From Rickettsiales bacterium (GTDB taxonomy: Bacteria; Pseudomonadota; Alphaproteobacteria; Rickettsiales; RGZB01), in the NCBI GenBank assembly GCA_044356525.1, contig JBIKVZ010000001.1, forward strand, positions 416,562-480,561: 64,000 bases of DNA, in the 5' to 3' direction. Under the pieces are notes generated by a model. The model saw nothing but the letters and a program-made list of their open reading frames with translations, was not told the origin of the DNA and searched no databases. Shown piece after piece: positions 20,696 through 29,700 of this stretch. A program made the translations under genes and the position numbers. The stretch's first letter is position 1; the number at the start of each line of letters is the position of its first letter.

Positions 20696-22012
20696 ATGAT
20701 CATTGTAAGAGTTGCAGCACTAACCATTAACAAGGAGTGTGTATCCGAGCAACTGATAGGGCTTAAGCAAACGCAGGATTCAATTCAGTCAGATATTTCT
20801 GTATTAGCCGCAGTAACTTCTGGGCAATTAGACGAAGATCTAACAATTTATTCAGCAGTACCATATTTAATGGAGGGGAGCTCCGAAGAGCTAAACGCAG
20901 AAGTTGCTGCGATATTAAACCCTCTTTTGGTGAAGTTTCGTGGCGAAATCTTGGGCAATCTCAAGCCACTTAAAACTAAGTACGATAATGCTCTCGCCTC
21001 TGTAACAGTAGATATCGCTAAACTTGAGCCAGAGCTAAAACCCATTCTTGATAAAATAGCAAAATCTGCCCCTTTGCGAGAAATGGCTGCCGCTGTTAAA
21101 GCTGAGAAAGAAAAGCTCATTACAGTTCTGACGCTAGAAGCCGATATCAGTAAACTGAAGGCAAAGATAGTTTCTTCAGCCGAAGTTATTAATGGATTTA
21201 TTGACAAACGCTTGGAATTGGCTGGCGCAGTAATGCGAGTGATGACAGAGCACCCAGTTTCACGTGGTGACGACCAGCTCAACATTGACATCAAGCCATT
21301 TCTAAAGAGCGCACATATTCAATCCTTGCTTAAGGACCGCATAAAATATCAGAGCAATCTAGAAATTCGTGAGATTGTGCAAACAGCAGAGCCTAAAGAT
21401 ACTGACATCGATGGATATAGGAAGGCAGTAGAGTTGCATGTAAAACAGTCCATTGAAGAGAAGCTAGAATTTAAGGGTGAATATAATCTTTCAGGTGTCT
21501 TGCAAGAGGTCTTAGGTAACGCCTTTTACCTTAATTATGATTTAATGTTACGTGGTGATTCTTTCCGCATAATGTCTCCTGGAAAACGCGCGCTTGCCTT
21601 ATTAAGAATCATTGTTGAACTAGATTCTAGCGAACACCCAATTATTTTAGATCAGCCAGAAGACGATTTAGATAACCGCTCAATTTATGAAGGACTTGCC
21701 ACATACCTAAAATCAAAAAAACAATCTCGTCAGATTATTGTTGTTACTCACAATCCTAATGTCGTTGTCGGTGGTGATAGCGAATATGTTGTTGTTGCTA
21801 ATCAGACTGGTCAAGAGTCAAATCAAGATAATAGAGAATTCAGGTTTGATTATGTATATGGCGGTCTAGAATTGAGCTTCTTTGATGATGCGATACCCTG
21901 GGTTTTGGAACAAAAAGGTATTAAGGAGCATGTTTGCGAAATTCTAGATGGAGGGAAAGACGCTTTCCAGCGACGCGAACAGCTCTACTCCACACTTAAA
22001 GGCAGCACTTAG
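20696..22012 (+). pseudogene. 5'-truncated SMC/ABC-type (TrlF-like) AAA ATPase: coiled-coil plus C-terminal half only
   Basis: ABC signature-like SPGKRALALL, Walker B/D-loop PIILDQPEDDLD and H-loop VVTHNPN are present. No Walker A P-loop occurs anywhere in the ORF or upstream. Confidence 0.55.
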
Positions 22013-22174
22013 AGCGATTGCCTGTCAAAGGGTCAAATTTATGCACCGGTTTATTCGCCTAGAAATGATCTTGAAAGATTTCAATCTGTCCTTTGACACA
22101 AACTCAATCATCTTGACCAACACCGCACTTTTGATTATTGCTCAGAAATCAAACAGCAATAATTGAGGTGTGGT

Positions 22175-22690
22175 ATGCCGCGAGGTGGAAGACGTAAAGG
22201 ATCTGGAAGACCCGCAGGAACCGGTCAGTTTGGAGCTCCGACAAAGTCCATTCGAGTGCCTGTTGGCATGGTCGATAATGTTTTGGAGTATGTGCGGCTG
22301 AAGGGCTTTGCCCTCCCGCTTTATTCCTGCGCGGTATCGGCAGGGTTTCCTTCACCGGCTGATGATCACATGGACGGCAAGCTGGACTTGAACGACCACC
22401 TGATTAAGCACCCCGCCGCCACCTTCTTCGTGAAGGCTACTGGTGAATCAATGATCGGCGCGGGAATTCATGATGGCGATATTCTCATCGTGGATCGCAG
22501 TGTTGAAGCAAAGAACGGTAAAGTGGTAATTGCCGCCATTGATGGTCAGCTCACAGTGAAACGGCTTTCCACCCGACGCGGCAAATCTTGGCTGATGCCT
22601 GAGAACGAAAAATACCAGCCGATTGAGATTAAAGAAGGCAACGATGTTGTCATTTGGGGCGTAGTAACAAACGTCATCCACGCACTGTAG
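22175..22690 (+). CDS. umuD: UmuD-like S24 peptidase (Pol V accessory subunit) with basic N-terminal extension
   Basis: AGFPSPADD, GESM (Ser nucleophile) and VIAAIDGQLTVKRL (Lys). ATG 22175 follows RBS GAGGTG. The N-terminus MPRGGRRKGSGRPAGTG is extra. Confidence 0.85.
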   Translation: MPRGGRRKGSGRPAGTGQFGAPTKSIRVPVGMVDNVLEYVRLKGFALPLYSCAVSAGFPSPADDHMDGKLDLNDHLIKHPAATFFVKATGESMIGAGIHDGDILIVDRSVEAKNGKVVIAAIDGQLTVKRLSTRRGKSWLMPENEKYQPIEIKEGNDVVIWGVVTNVIHAL

Positions 22691-22699
22691 GGGTATCTC

Positions 22700-23968
22700 A
22701 TGCCCATCTTTGCCTTGGTTGATTGCAACAATTTCTACGCCTCCTGCGAGCGCGTTTTCAATCCGAGTCTGGAAGGCAAGCCAATCGTCGTTTTGTCGAA
22801 TAACGATGGCTGCATCATTGCCAGGTCGAATGAAGCCAAAAAGCTCGGCATTCCGATGGGAGGCGCATTTTACTCGCAGAAGGATGTTTGCAGAAAACAC
22901 GGCGTGCATGTGTTCTCGTCAAACTACCAGCTGTATGGCGATATGTCGCAGCGTGTGATGGAAACATTGCGGCACTTTGTGCCGGATATGGAGGTGTATT
23001 CGATAGATGAAGCCTTCCTGTGTTTAGATGGTTTCAGCAGCCGCGATTTGAATGACTACGCGCTAGAAATCAGAAGTGCTGTAAAGCAGTGGACTGGGGT
23101 TCCTGTATCGATCGGCATCGCGCCAACCAAAACACTTGCAAAGGTTGCCAACCACATTGCCAAGAAGCGCACCACTTCAGGTGTTTACAGCCTGCTTACG
23201 CGTGATGAGCAAAATGCCGCCCTTGCCAATCTTGATGTCGAAGAAATATGGGGTATCAGCTCACGCTGGGGCGCACAGCTTAAACAGCGCGGCATTCATA
23301 CTGCCCTACAGCTAAGAGAAGCCAATCCTAAGCTGATACGTCAGCACTTCAGCGTTGTGGGTGAGCGTATCGTAGAAGAACTCCGTGGCAACTCCTGCAT
23401 GCCGCTAGAGATGCACGTTGCGGCTCGAAAGAACATTCTATCGTCCAAGTCTTTTGGGAAGCTGGTTGCTGATCTGCCATCGATTGATGAGGCCTTGGCA
23501 AACTACGCTGCCCGCGCGTGCCTAAAGCTGCGGAAGCAAAAGAGCCGCGCCCAAGGGATTTACGTTTTCGTCCGAACGAATCCTTTTCGAGTTCAGGAGC
23601 CACAGTATCGGAATGGCATGTCCATAGGGTTTTCGGTTCCCACCAGCGACACACGTGCAATCGTTAAAGCCGCAAGCCAGTGTTTGTATCGAATCTATCG
23701 CCCAGGTTTCCGCTACCACAAAACGGGAATTATGCTGCTCGATCTAATTCCAGAATCACACGTGCAGCAAAACCTGTTTTTGAACGTCGATCATAGTCAC
23801 AGCGACAAGCTCATGGTGACGCTGGATAGTCTCAATGAGCGCATGGGTAAAAATACCGTCTTTCTGGCATCGCAGGGCATAAAGCGTGGTTGGCAGATGC
23901 GCTGCGATAATCGATCCCCGCGATATACGACAAATTGGGACGAGTTGGCATTTGCGCGCTGCATTTAG
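22700..23968 (+). CDS. umuC: Y-family DNA polymerase V catalytic subunit
   Basis: MPIFALVDCNNFYASCERVFNP, VVLSNNDGCIIARS, SIDEAFL. Confidence 0.9.
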   Translation: MPIFALVDCNNFYASCERVFNPSLEGKPIVVLSNNDGCIIARSNEAKKLGIPMGGAFYSQKDVCRKHGVHVFSSNYQLYGDMSQRVMETLRHFVPDMEVYSIDEAFLCLDGFSSRDLNDYALEIRSAVKQWTGVPVSIGIAPTKTLAKVANHIAKKRTTSGVYSLLTRDEQNAALANLDVEEIWGISSRWGAQLKQRGIHTALQLREANPKLIRQHFSVVGERIVEELRGNSCMPLEMHVAARKNILSSKSFGKLVADLPSIDEALANYAARACLKLRKQKSRAQGIYVFVRTNPFRVQEPQYRNGMSIGFSVPTSDTRAIVKAASQCLYRIYRPGFRYHKTGIMLLDLIPESHVQQNLFLNVDHSHSDKLMVTLDSLNERMGKNTVFLASQGIKRGWQMRCDNRSPRYTTNWDELAFARCI

Positions 23969-24022
23969 GCGTATGGTTTAGGGGTAACGTACAGTATCAT
24001 CGGCATAAAGATTGTAGGATTT

Positions 24023-24589
24023 ATGAAGGCACTTAATCAAAGAATTACAGGATGGTGTGCAGCAGTAATGGCGCTGATACTGCCCCTATCGCCGTGCCTT
24101 GCAAAAGACGAAAGAAAAATTCCTGTTCCAGTCGAGGTATGGAGAGATGTTTCTACCAAAGAGCTGACGATTGCTGGCATTGGTAAAGCCAAAGACGGTG
24201 ACACCCTCTCCATAGACGGCGTTTTTGATGTGCGCCTGATTGGAATTGATGCGCTGGAAAGAAAGCAGACCTGCTCAATGAATGATGAAGCGTGGAAATG
24301 TGGCGAAGAAGCAAAAGCACTACTTGCAGAACTGGTCGATAATAAGCGGGTCGAATGTGAGAACCGAAAGAAAGAGAAATATGGCCGTTTTCTGTCAGTT
24401 TGTAGAGTTGGCGATATCGTTTTGAATGATGAAATGGTCAGACGCGGCTACGCAGTAGCCTACATGGTTCCTGATTATGTGGATGCCGAAGAAGAAGCAA
24501 AGCTCTCACAAGTGGGCGCATGGGCTGGTGATTTTTTAATTCCTGATGAATGGCGAAAGCGCAAACGCCAGAAAGTACGAAGTTTATGA
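24023..24589 (+). CDS. secreted thermonuclease (SNase-like) family nuclease
   Basis: Signal peptide. DGDTLSIDG..VRLIGIDALE, YGRFLSVCRV and NDEMVRRGYAVAY match the staphylococcal-nuclease fold pattern. Confidence 0.8.
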   Translation: MKALNQRITGWCAAVMALILPLSPCLAKDERKIPVPVEVWRDVSTKELTIAGIGKAKDGDTLSIDGVFDVRLIGIDALERKQTCSMNDEAWKCGEEAKALLAELVDNKRVECENRKKEKYGRFLSVCRVGDIVLNDEMVRRGYAVAYMVPDYVDAEEEAKLSQVGAWAGDFLIPDEWRKRKRQKVRSL

Positions 24590-24909
24590 GCATATCGGTA
24601 AATCAGAAAGAGTTGATTAAGGCACTCCAGCCACCAAAAATGAAGCGCGGGCAGATTCCAAAAATCACTGAGATTCGCGGTTCATTTTCAAGTGACTTGA
24701 TAATCACTGCGCCCGCCCACGAATCCCGCTTACAGGGAAAAGGTACATTCCCTTATCATGTGACCGCCAATGCGCGCATAATACATGAAATGGTGAAGAA
24801 GCTACCGAAGTCAGAAAATGTTGAGTTAGATACACTAGAAAATCAGATTCTATTTCGTATCGGTAGCTTTGTTTTGAAGTTTAATGCGGTTGAAATTCGC
24901 AGCCTGTAA
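24586..24909 (+). CDS. hypothetical protein (107 aa)
   Basis: ATGA overlap with the nuclease stop suggests translational coupling. No recognisable motif. Confidence 0.45.
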   Translation: MSISVNQKELIKALQPPKMKRGQIPKITEIRGSFSSDLIITAPAHESRLQGKGTFPYHVTANARIIHEMVKKLPKSENVELDTLENQILFRIGSFVLKFNAVEIRSL

Positions 24910-25621
24910 AACGAAAAAAAGCCCCGAACCTTTCGGCTCGGGGCGATTGCTAGGGAGGGATAATAACTTCTGATCTGGCTGGATTGTTGGGCATCAACGC
25001 GTCATTGTTGAGCTTGGTGTTAAGCGTGACAATGCCGATGCAAAAGACGTGGTAGCGGATGAAATGGAAGCTGCGTGAGAGAGACCGAAGCCGGATGGCC
25101 GAATGAGGCTGTCCGGCTTTTTTTAGTGATTCGGTTATTCCAAAGAGGCTGCGCAAAATCCTGCAAGTGCGAGCAATTACAATGCCTTGCTGTGATTGTG
25201 TCAGAATTGGAAAATTCCTACCAATCCCACTTTTGAGGGTGTTTTTGACCAAAAGTAGGGTCATTTAGGGGTAAAATCATGTCCCAGTGATGTACCAACA
25301 GGTACCGAAATTCGGAAATAAGGCAAAAAAAGGTGGGCGGAAAGCAATCACGCTTCCCGCCCGAGCTGCACTGGGAGGATAACCGGCCAATAAAAAACCC
25401 AGCGTGGGGATGCCAGCTGGGTGGGGTACGTAATTTTCCGATTATGCTAAGATCATAGCTAACGGCGTGACGCTATGCAAGTGTTTTTATTGTAGTTCAA
25501 TATGTTAGCAAGTTTGCAAACGGTGACAATCCTGCAATTCACGTCATCAACGGGCATAACTATCTGGGTTTCAAAGCATATTATCCTTGCATTTTGAACA
25601 TTTAATCATCAGAATACTAGA

Positions 25622-26782
25622 ATGACATTGCCCCGCCACACACTCACTCAGCAGATTGAACATGCGCTTTCGCGCAATCCCGTGGTGTCGCTTATTGGCC
25701 CTCGTCAGTGTGGCAAGACAACACTCGCACGCGCCATTGGAAAATCTCAGGACGCAACCTTCTTTGATCTTGAACACCCTGTTGATGCCGAGCGGCTAAA
25801 AAATCCGCTCACCGCGCTCGAACATTTGCGAGGATTAGTGGTTATCGACGAAGCGCAGTTGGAGCCAGCCTTATTTCCCGTGCTGCGCGTGCTGGCTGAC
25901 CGCACACCACTTCCTGCACGGTTCTTACTTCTGGGCAGTGCTTCTCCTGATTTGGCGAGCAACATTTCAGAATCACTGGCTGGCAGGATTCACTTCGTGA
26001 ATATGTCTGGGTTCAACCTGCATGAAGTGGGTGCTCCGCATTGGCGAGAGCTTTGGCATCGCGGCGGTTTTCCTCGCTCATATCTGGCAGAATCAGATGC
26101 AGATAGCTTCAAATGGCGTGAGGATTTTATCGCGACATTTTTGGAGCGCGACCTGCGCCGCCTTGGAGTCATGGTGGCACCAGAATCGCTACGTCGGCTA
26201 TGGATGATGATCGCGCATTATCATGGGCAAGTGGCAAAGCTCTCTGATATTGGGCGGTCGCTGGGAGAAAACCACACCACGATCCGCCGTCATCTGGATA
26301 TTCTGGAAGGTGCATTGGTGCTCCGCCAGCTTCAGCCTTGGCATGAGAATGTTGGCAAACGGCAAGTCAAATCGCCGAAAGTATATGTGCGCGATACGGG
26401 TATTCTGCACACGCTACTTGGTTTGGGAAATGCCGCCACGATTGAATCACACCCAAAACTTGGTGCAAGCTGGGAAGGGTTCATCACCGAGCGAATCATA
26501 GAGATGTTCGGTGATCGTAATTGTATGTTCTGGGCAACCCAAGCGGGAGCGGAGCTTGACCTGCTGGTATTGCATCAGGGCAAACGCTACGGCTTTGAAA
26601 TTAAATACGCCGATGCGCCAAAAACCACCAAGTCCATGCGCGAGGCAATTAAAACGCTTGAACTCACCAAGCTGTTTATTGCGTATCCAGGCAGCAAAAG
26701 TTATGTGGTGGATGAACATATTGAAGCAGTTGGCATTGTGGATTTAGAAGCAAAGCTGAAAAACCTCATTGCATCATCATAA
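25622..26782 (+). CDS. AAA-family ATPase with DUF4143-type C-terminal domain
   Basis: Walker A GPRQCGKTTLA, Walker B VVIDEAQ. The C-terminal EIKYADAPK segment is typical of the AAA_14/DUF4143 family. Confidence 0.8.
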   Translation: MTLPRHTLTQQIEHALSRNPVVSLIGPRQCGKTTLARAIGKSQDATFFDLEHPVDAERLKNPLTALEHLRGLVVIDEAQLEPALFPVLRVLADRTPLPARFLLLGSASPDLASNISESLAGRIHFVNMSGFNLHEVGAPHWRELWHRGGFPRSYLAESDADSFKWREDFIATFLERDLRRLGVMVAPESLRRLWMMIAHYHGQVAKLSDIGRSLGENHTTIRRHLDILEGALVLRQLQPWHENVGKRQVKSPKVYVRDTGILHTLLGLGNAATIESHPKLGASWEGFITERIIEMFGDRNCMFWATQAGAELDLLVLHQGKRYGFEIKYADAPKTTKSMREAIKTLELTKLFIAYPGSKSYVVDEHIEAVGIVDLEAKLKNLIASS

Positions 26783-27359
26783 ATCTGTCTTCAGCGTTGG
26801 CGCTGAGACCTGTTACGCTTACGTTGCTGCTCTTTGTACATGGCTTCGTAGATGCTGGATAGATCGTCCAGTACGAGGCTGATGAGCTTCTTGCCTGAGC
26901 GCCTTGGCCACTGCGTCCATTTTTCCAGCGCGTCCACCGCGATGCCCTCTATGCACACCTGATAGGCATCCAATCAATGTCCAGCGGAACAGCCAAGATT
27001 GTTGATATTCGTGATGCCAAAAAGAATGAGAAATGAAACATCACCGAAACATCACCGGAACATCACGAGGGATAGAAATCGATAGTATTTGATAGCAAGC
27101 AGTAGTGATAGGGCAAGCCAAAGAATTTACGAAAAAGCCTTTATATGTAGTCACTTGGATGGTTCTATAGGTGTCTGTAGGAATGTGTGAAAAAATCATT
27201 TTGTTCGTCTTAAAAGGACACAAAATCCTTTTCGTCTAAGGTGGATTGTGTTTGTAAATGAAGGCGTTATAAAAGGAGGGCAAGGCGGATTTTGTTCCGA
27301 AACATCACCGGAACATCACCGAAAAAAGAGTGGTGTAACAGTTTGATTTTAATAGATAA

Positions 27360-27658
27360 GCTCGCGTGGCGGAATTGGTAGACGCAACGGACTTAAGACA
27401 AAAGGATTGAGTGCTCTGGTGGAAATGCCAGAAGTAGAACTGCTCAAATTCGGGGAAGCCTGTAACATGGTAATCCCGAGCCAAGCCTGAGAGAAATTTC
27501 AGGAAGGTGTAGAGACTAGACGGGCAGCACCTAAAACCGAAAGGTCATGGTGAAGGGATAGTCCAGACCCCAAACGGGTGGCGGCGAAAGCCGTGGTAGG
27601 TAAGAAAATCCGTCGGGAGTTAAATCCTGTACCGGTTCGACTCCGGTCGCGAGCACCA
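27360..27658 (+). tRNA. tRNA-Leu(UAA) interrupted by a group I intron (copy 2)
   Basis: Exon 1 is 27360-27394, identical to copy 1. Exon 2 is 27605-27658, with a different variable arm (CGGGAGTTAAATCCTGT) and a T loop TTCGACT. CCA is encoded. Confidence 0.85.
27395..27604 (+). ncRNA. group I intron, 210 nt (diverged paralog of 18223-18443)
   Basis: Same conserved core (TCAAATTCGGGGAA, CCGAGCCAAGCC, GAAGGTGTAGAGACTAGACGGGCAGCACCTAAAACC). Indels and substitutions are confined to peripheral stem-loops. Confidence 0.85.
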
Positions 27659-27714
27659 ACTTGTTTTGAAATTTAAGTGTTGATTTTCTAAATAAGAGAT
27701 GTATAAACACCTCT

Positions 27715-27826
27715 GTCTTAAGGGAGTAACCTGCTCTCCAGTTTGGAGAATGGACGCGTCAACATACTTGCCACAGTGCTGGCATGGCGTGTCCCACCAG
27801 TAAATCGGTGCGGTGAGACTTACGAC
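27715..27826 (+). ncRNA. yybP-ykoY-like manganese riboswitch (tentative)
   Basis: AAGGGAGTAAC..., ...CGTCAACATAC... and ...GGTGAGACTTAC resemble the conserved GGGGAGUAG / UUGACAUAC / AGAGACC blocks. The closing helix is GTCTTAAG/CTTACGAC. It lies directly upstream of a UPF0016 gene, a classic regulon member. Confidence 0.55.
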
Positions 27827-27903
27827 GAAGTGGTTCGCTCAGGGTTGGGCGGAAACACTTTGTCGTATGGTCATCAACCATCGCCCAACCCACTGGTGTT
27901 TAT

Positions 27904-28464
27904 GTGCAAGTACTTCTTTCATCCGCTTCCCTCGTTGCTGTTGCCGAAATGGGCGATAAAACACAGCTGCTTGCGCTCATGCTTGCAGCGCATTATGGCC
28001 GCGCCATACCCATTGTTCTGGGCATTACGCTCGCCACCACACTCAATCACCTTGCTTCCGCTTGGCTTGGTCAGACCATTGGCGTGAATTTCAACTCCCC
28101 CCAGTTTTCACTGGCAGTTGGTGTTCTCTTCATCGGTATCGGGCTGTGGTTGCTTAAGCCAGACACGCAAGATTCCATCAGCAATAAGTTCCTGCGTTTT
28201 AGCCCATTTGTAGCTAGTTTCATCGCCTTTTTTCTGGCAGAGATTGGTGACAAAACACAGCTCGCCACCATTGCGCTTGCCAGCGAATACCAAGCCCTGC
28301 TGTGGGTAACGCTTGGCACCACGATAGGTATGCTCATCACCAATATTCCTGCCGTTTTTCTCGGCGAGGCATTCATCGCCAAAATACCCATGAAGCTGGT
28401 TCGCAATCTCGCATCGCTTGCCTTCATCGGGTTTGGCTTTTATCAACTCATTCAATCATTTTAA
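27904..28464 (+). CDS. UPF0016 (GDT1/TMEM165/MneA) family cation (Mn2+/Ca2+) transporter
   Basis: Two E-x-GDKTQ motifs (VAEMGDKTQLLA, LAEIGDKTQLAT) in a 6-TM protein. GTG start. Confidence 0.85.
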   Translation: MQVLLSSASLVAVAEMGDKTQLLALMLAAHYGRAIPIVLGITLATTLNHLASAWLGQTIGVNFNSPQFSLAVGVLFIGIGLWLLKPDTQDSISNKFLRFSPFVASFIAFFLAEIGDKTQLATIALASEYQALLWVTLGTTIGMLITNIPAVFLGEAFIAKIPMKLVRNLASLAFIGFGFYQLIQSF

Positions 28465-28478
28465 GTAAGGAGACTTCC

Positions 28479-29465
28479 GTGAATTATTCGTTACATCAAA
28501 CCATTCAATCTGAGGCACCTTGCAAGCTGTGCGGTGGCCATGAACTGCAAGTGATCGGTACGCAGGGAAGGCATTTCCAGAAACTCACCACCACCATCTG
28601 TACGGGTTGCGGTCTGATTCATAGCTACCCCATCCCAACCAAAGAGGAACTAGACGAATATTACAGCAAGCAATATCGCAGCGATTACAAGGGTGCATAC
28701 ACGCCCCAGCGCAAGCATATCCTTCGTTATTCGCGTGGGGCGATGCACCGCATTAAGCAGCTGCTTCAGTTTGCAAGCAAAGGCCAGAAGCTGCTGGATG
28801 TAGGCAGTGGTAGTGGTGAGTTTGTGTATATCGCATCGCTGTCTGGCTTTGATGTGCATGGGCTCGAGCCTCACGAAGGCTATTCAGAATATACCCGCAA
28901 AACCTTTGGCGTCCCCATCATCACCGCGCCGCTTGAAAAGGCAGATATTGCGCCTGAAAGCTATGACGTCATTACACTCAACCATGTGCTCGAGCACCTT
29001 CATTACCCGCTAACTTCACTTGGTTATTTAAACCGCTGGCTCAAAATGGGCGGGCTGCTCGCAGTCGATGTGCCCAATATAGCGTCAACACATCATTCCC
29101 CCATCAATCGCTTCCACTACGCACATTTTTATAATTTCAACCATGATACGCTCAAAGCTATGCTTGAGAAATCAGGTTTCACAGTGGAAGCACATCCTGA
29201 CTTTAGTGGCACCACGCTATTCGCCAGAAAGACAGGCGCTCCTGATCCTGAACGTATCATCGCAATGCCAGAGAATTATCAGCGCTTGCTGCATCTGATG
29301 TCGAAAGAAGTGGCAACCGAAAACTACCGTAAGAAAAAACCACTCAAGCGGTTCTTAAGCAAATGCCGACGTTATCCACTGGAGTTCATCGAAGCGATGC
29401 TATTTTGGAATCCCCGTCGCATTGTCAAAAGAGAATTCAAAAAGGCAAATGGTAGTTTTATGTAG
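28479..29465 (+). CDS. class I SAM-dependent methyltransferase with N-terminal CxxC..CxxC zinc ribbon
   Basis: Motif I LLDVGSGSGEF, then ITLNHVLEHL. GTG 28479 follows RBS TAAGGAGA. The track start 28302 would overlap the transporter gene. Confidence 0.75.
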   Translation: MNYSLHQTIQSEAPCKLCGGHELQVIGTQGRHFQKLTTTICTGCGLIHSYPIPTKEELDEYYSKQYRSDYKGAYTPQRKHILRYSRGAMHRIKQLLQFASKGQKLLDVGSGSGEFVYIASLSGFDVHGLEPHEGYSEYTRKTFGVPIITAPLEKADIAPESYDVITLNHVLEHLHYPLTSLGYLNRWLKMGGLLAVDVPNIASTHHSPINRFHYAHFYNFNHDTLKAMLEKSGFTVEAHPDFSGTTLFARKTGAPDPERIIAMPENYQRLLHLMSKEVATENYRKKKPLKRFLSKCRRYPLEFIEAMLFWNPRRIVKREFKKANGSFM

Positions 29466-29496
29466 TGGTTTGGATAAGGTAAGTGGATGTATGAGC

Positions 29497-29700
29497 CACT
29501 TTTCTCAGGGACACTGGCGGGACACTAGAGGGTAAATAATGAGCACAAATGGCAATAGGTGGCAATCAAGCGAACCTTCTGTAACCCGCTGTGGCGTTGT
29601 TGTGTATCGTTATGGATTGTTGTGGCGTGTTTTATACAAAGGACTTAAAATCCCTCGAAGGTTAAACTTCGTGCCGGTTCGATTCCGGCCGCGAGCACCA
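29497..29700 (+). repeat. Repeat A copy 1: conserved ~145-bp arm plus 3' half of tRNA-Leu(UAA)
   Basis: Tandem GGGACACT x2, then GGGTAAATAATGAGCACAAATGGCAATAGGTGG..., and from 29641 GGACTTAAAATCCCTCGAAGGTTAAACTTCGTGCCGGTTCGATTCCGGCCGCGAGCACCA. Confidence 0.85.

Noticed and set aside
24950-25264. 104-aa minus-strand ORF
   Set aside because: It has no RBS and an odd composition, and it spans a plus-strand terminator hairpin. The region is better described as non-coding with several hairpins.
26791-26973. 60-aa minus-strand ORF at the right edge of island 1, considered as an integrase remnant
   Set aside because: It starts at TTG immediately after an in-frame stop, and no tyrosine- or serine-recombinase motif is recognisable. 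It is left unannotated.
28302-28478. Upstream extension of the methyltransferase ORF (track start 28302)
   Set aside because: It would overlap 160 nt of the UPF0016 gene in another frame. GTG 28479 has a strong RBS (TAAGGAGA) and begins right after the transporter stop.
29497-29700. Repeat A as a functional tRNA-like RNA or permuted (two-piece) tmRNA gene
   Set aside because: No sequence in the repeat can pair with the acceptor 3' strand CGCGAGC. The acceptor identity is Leu-type, not the Ala-type G3-U70 of tmRNA, and no tag-peptide reading frame is present. The matching 5' half at 17975 explains it better as a split tRNA gene.
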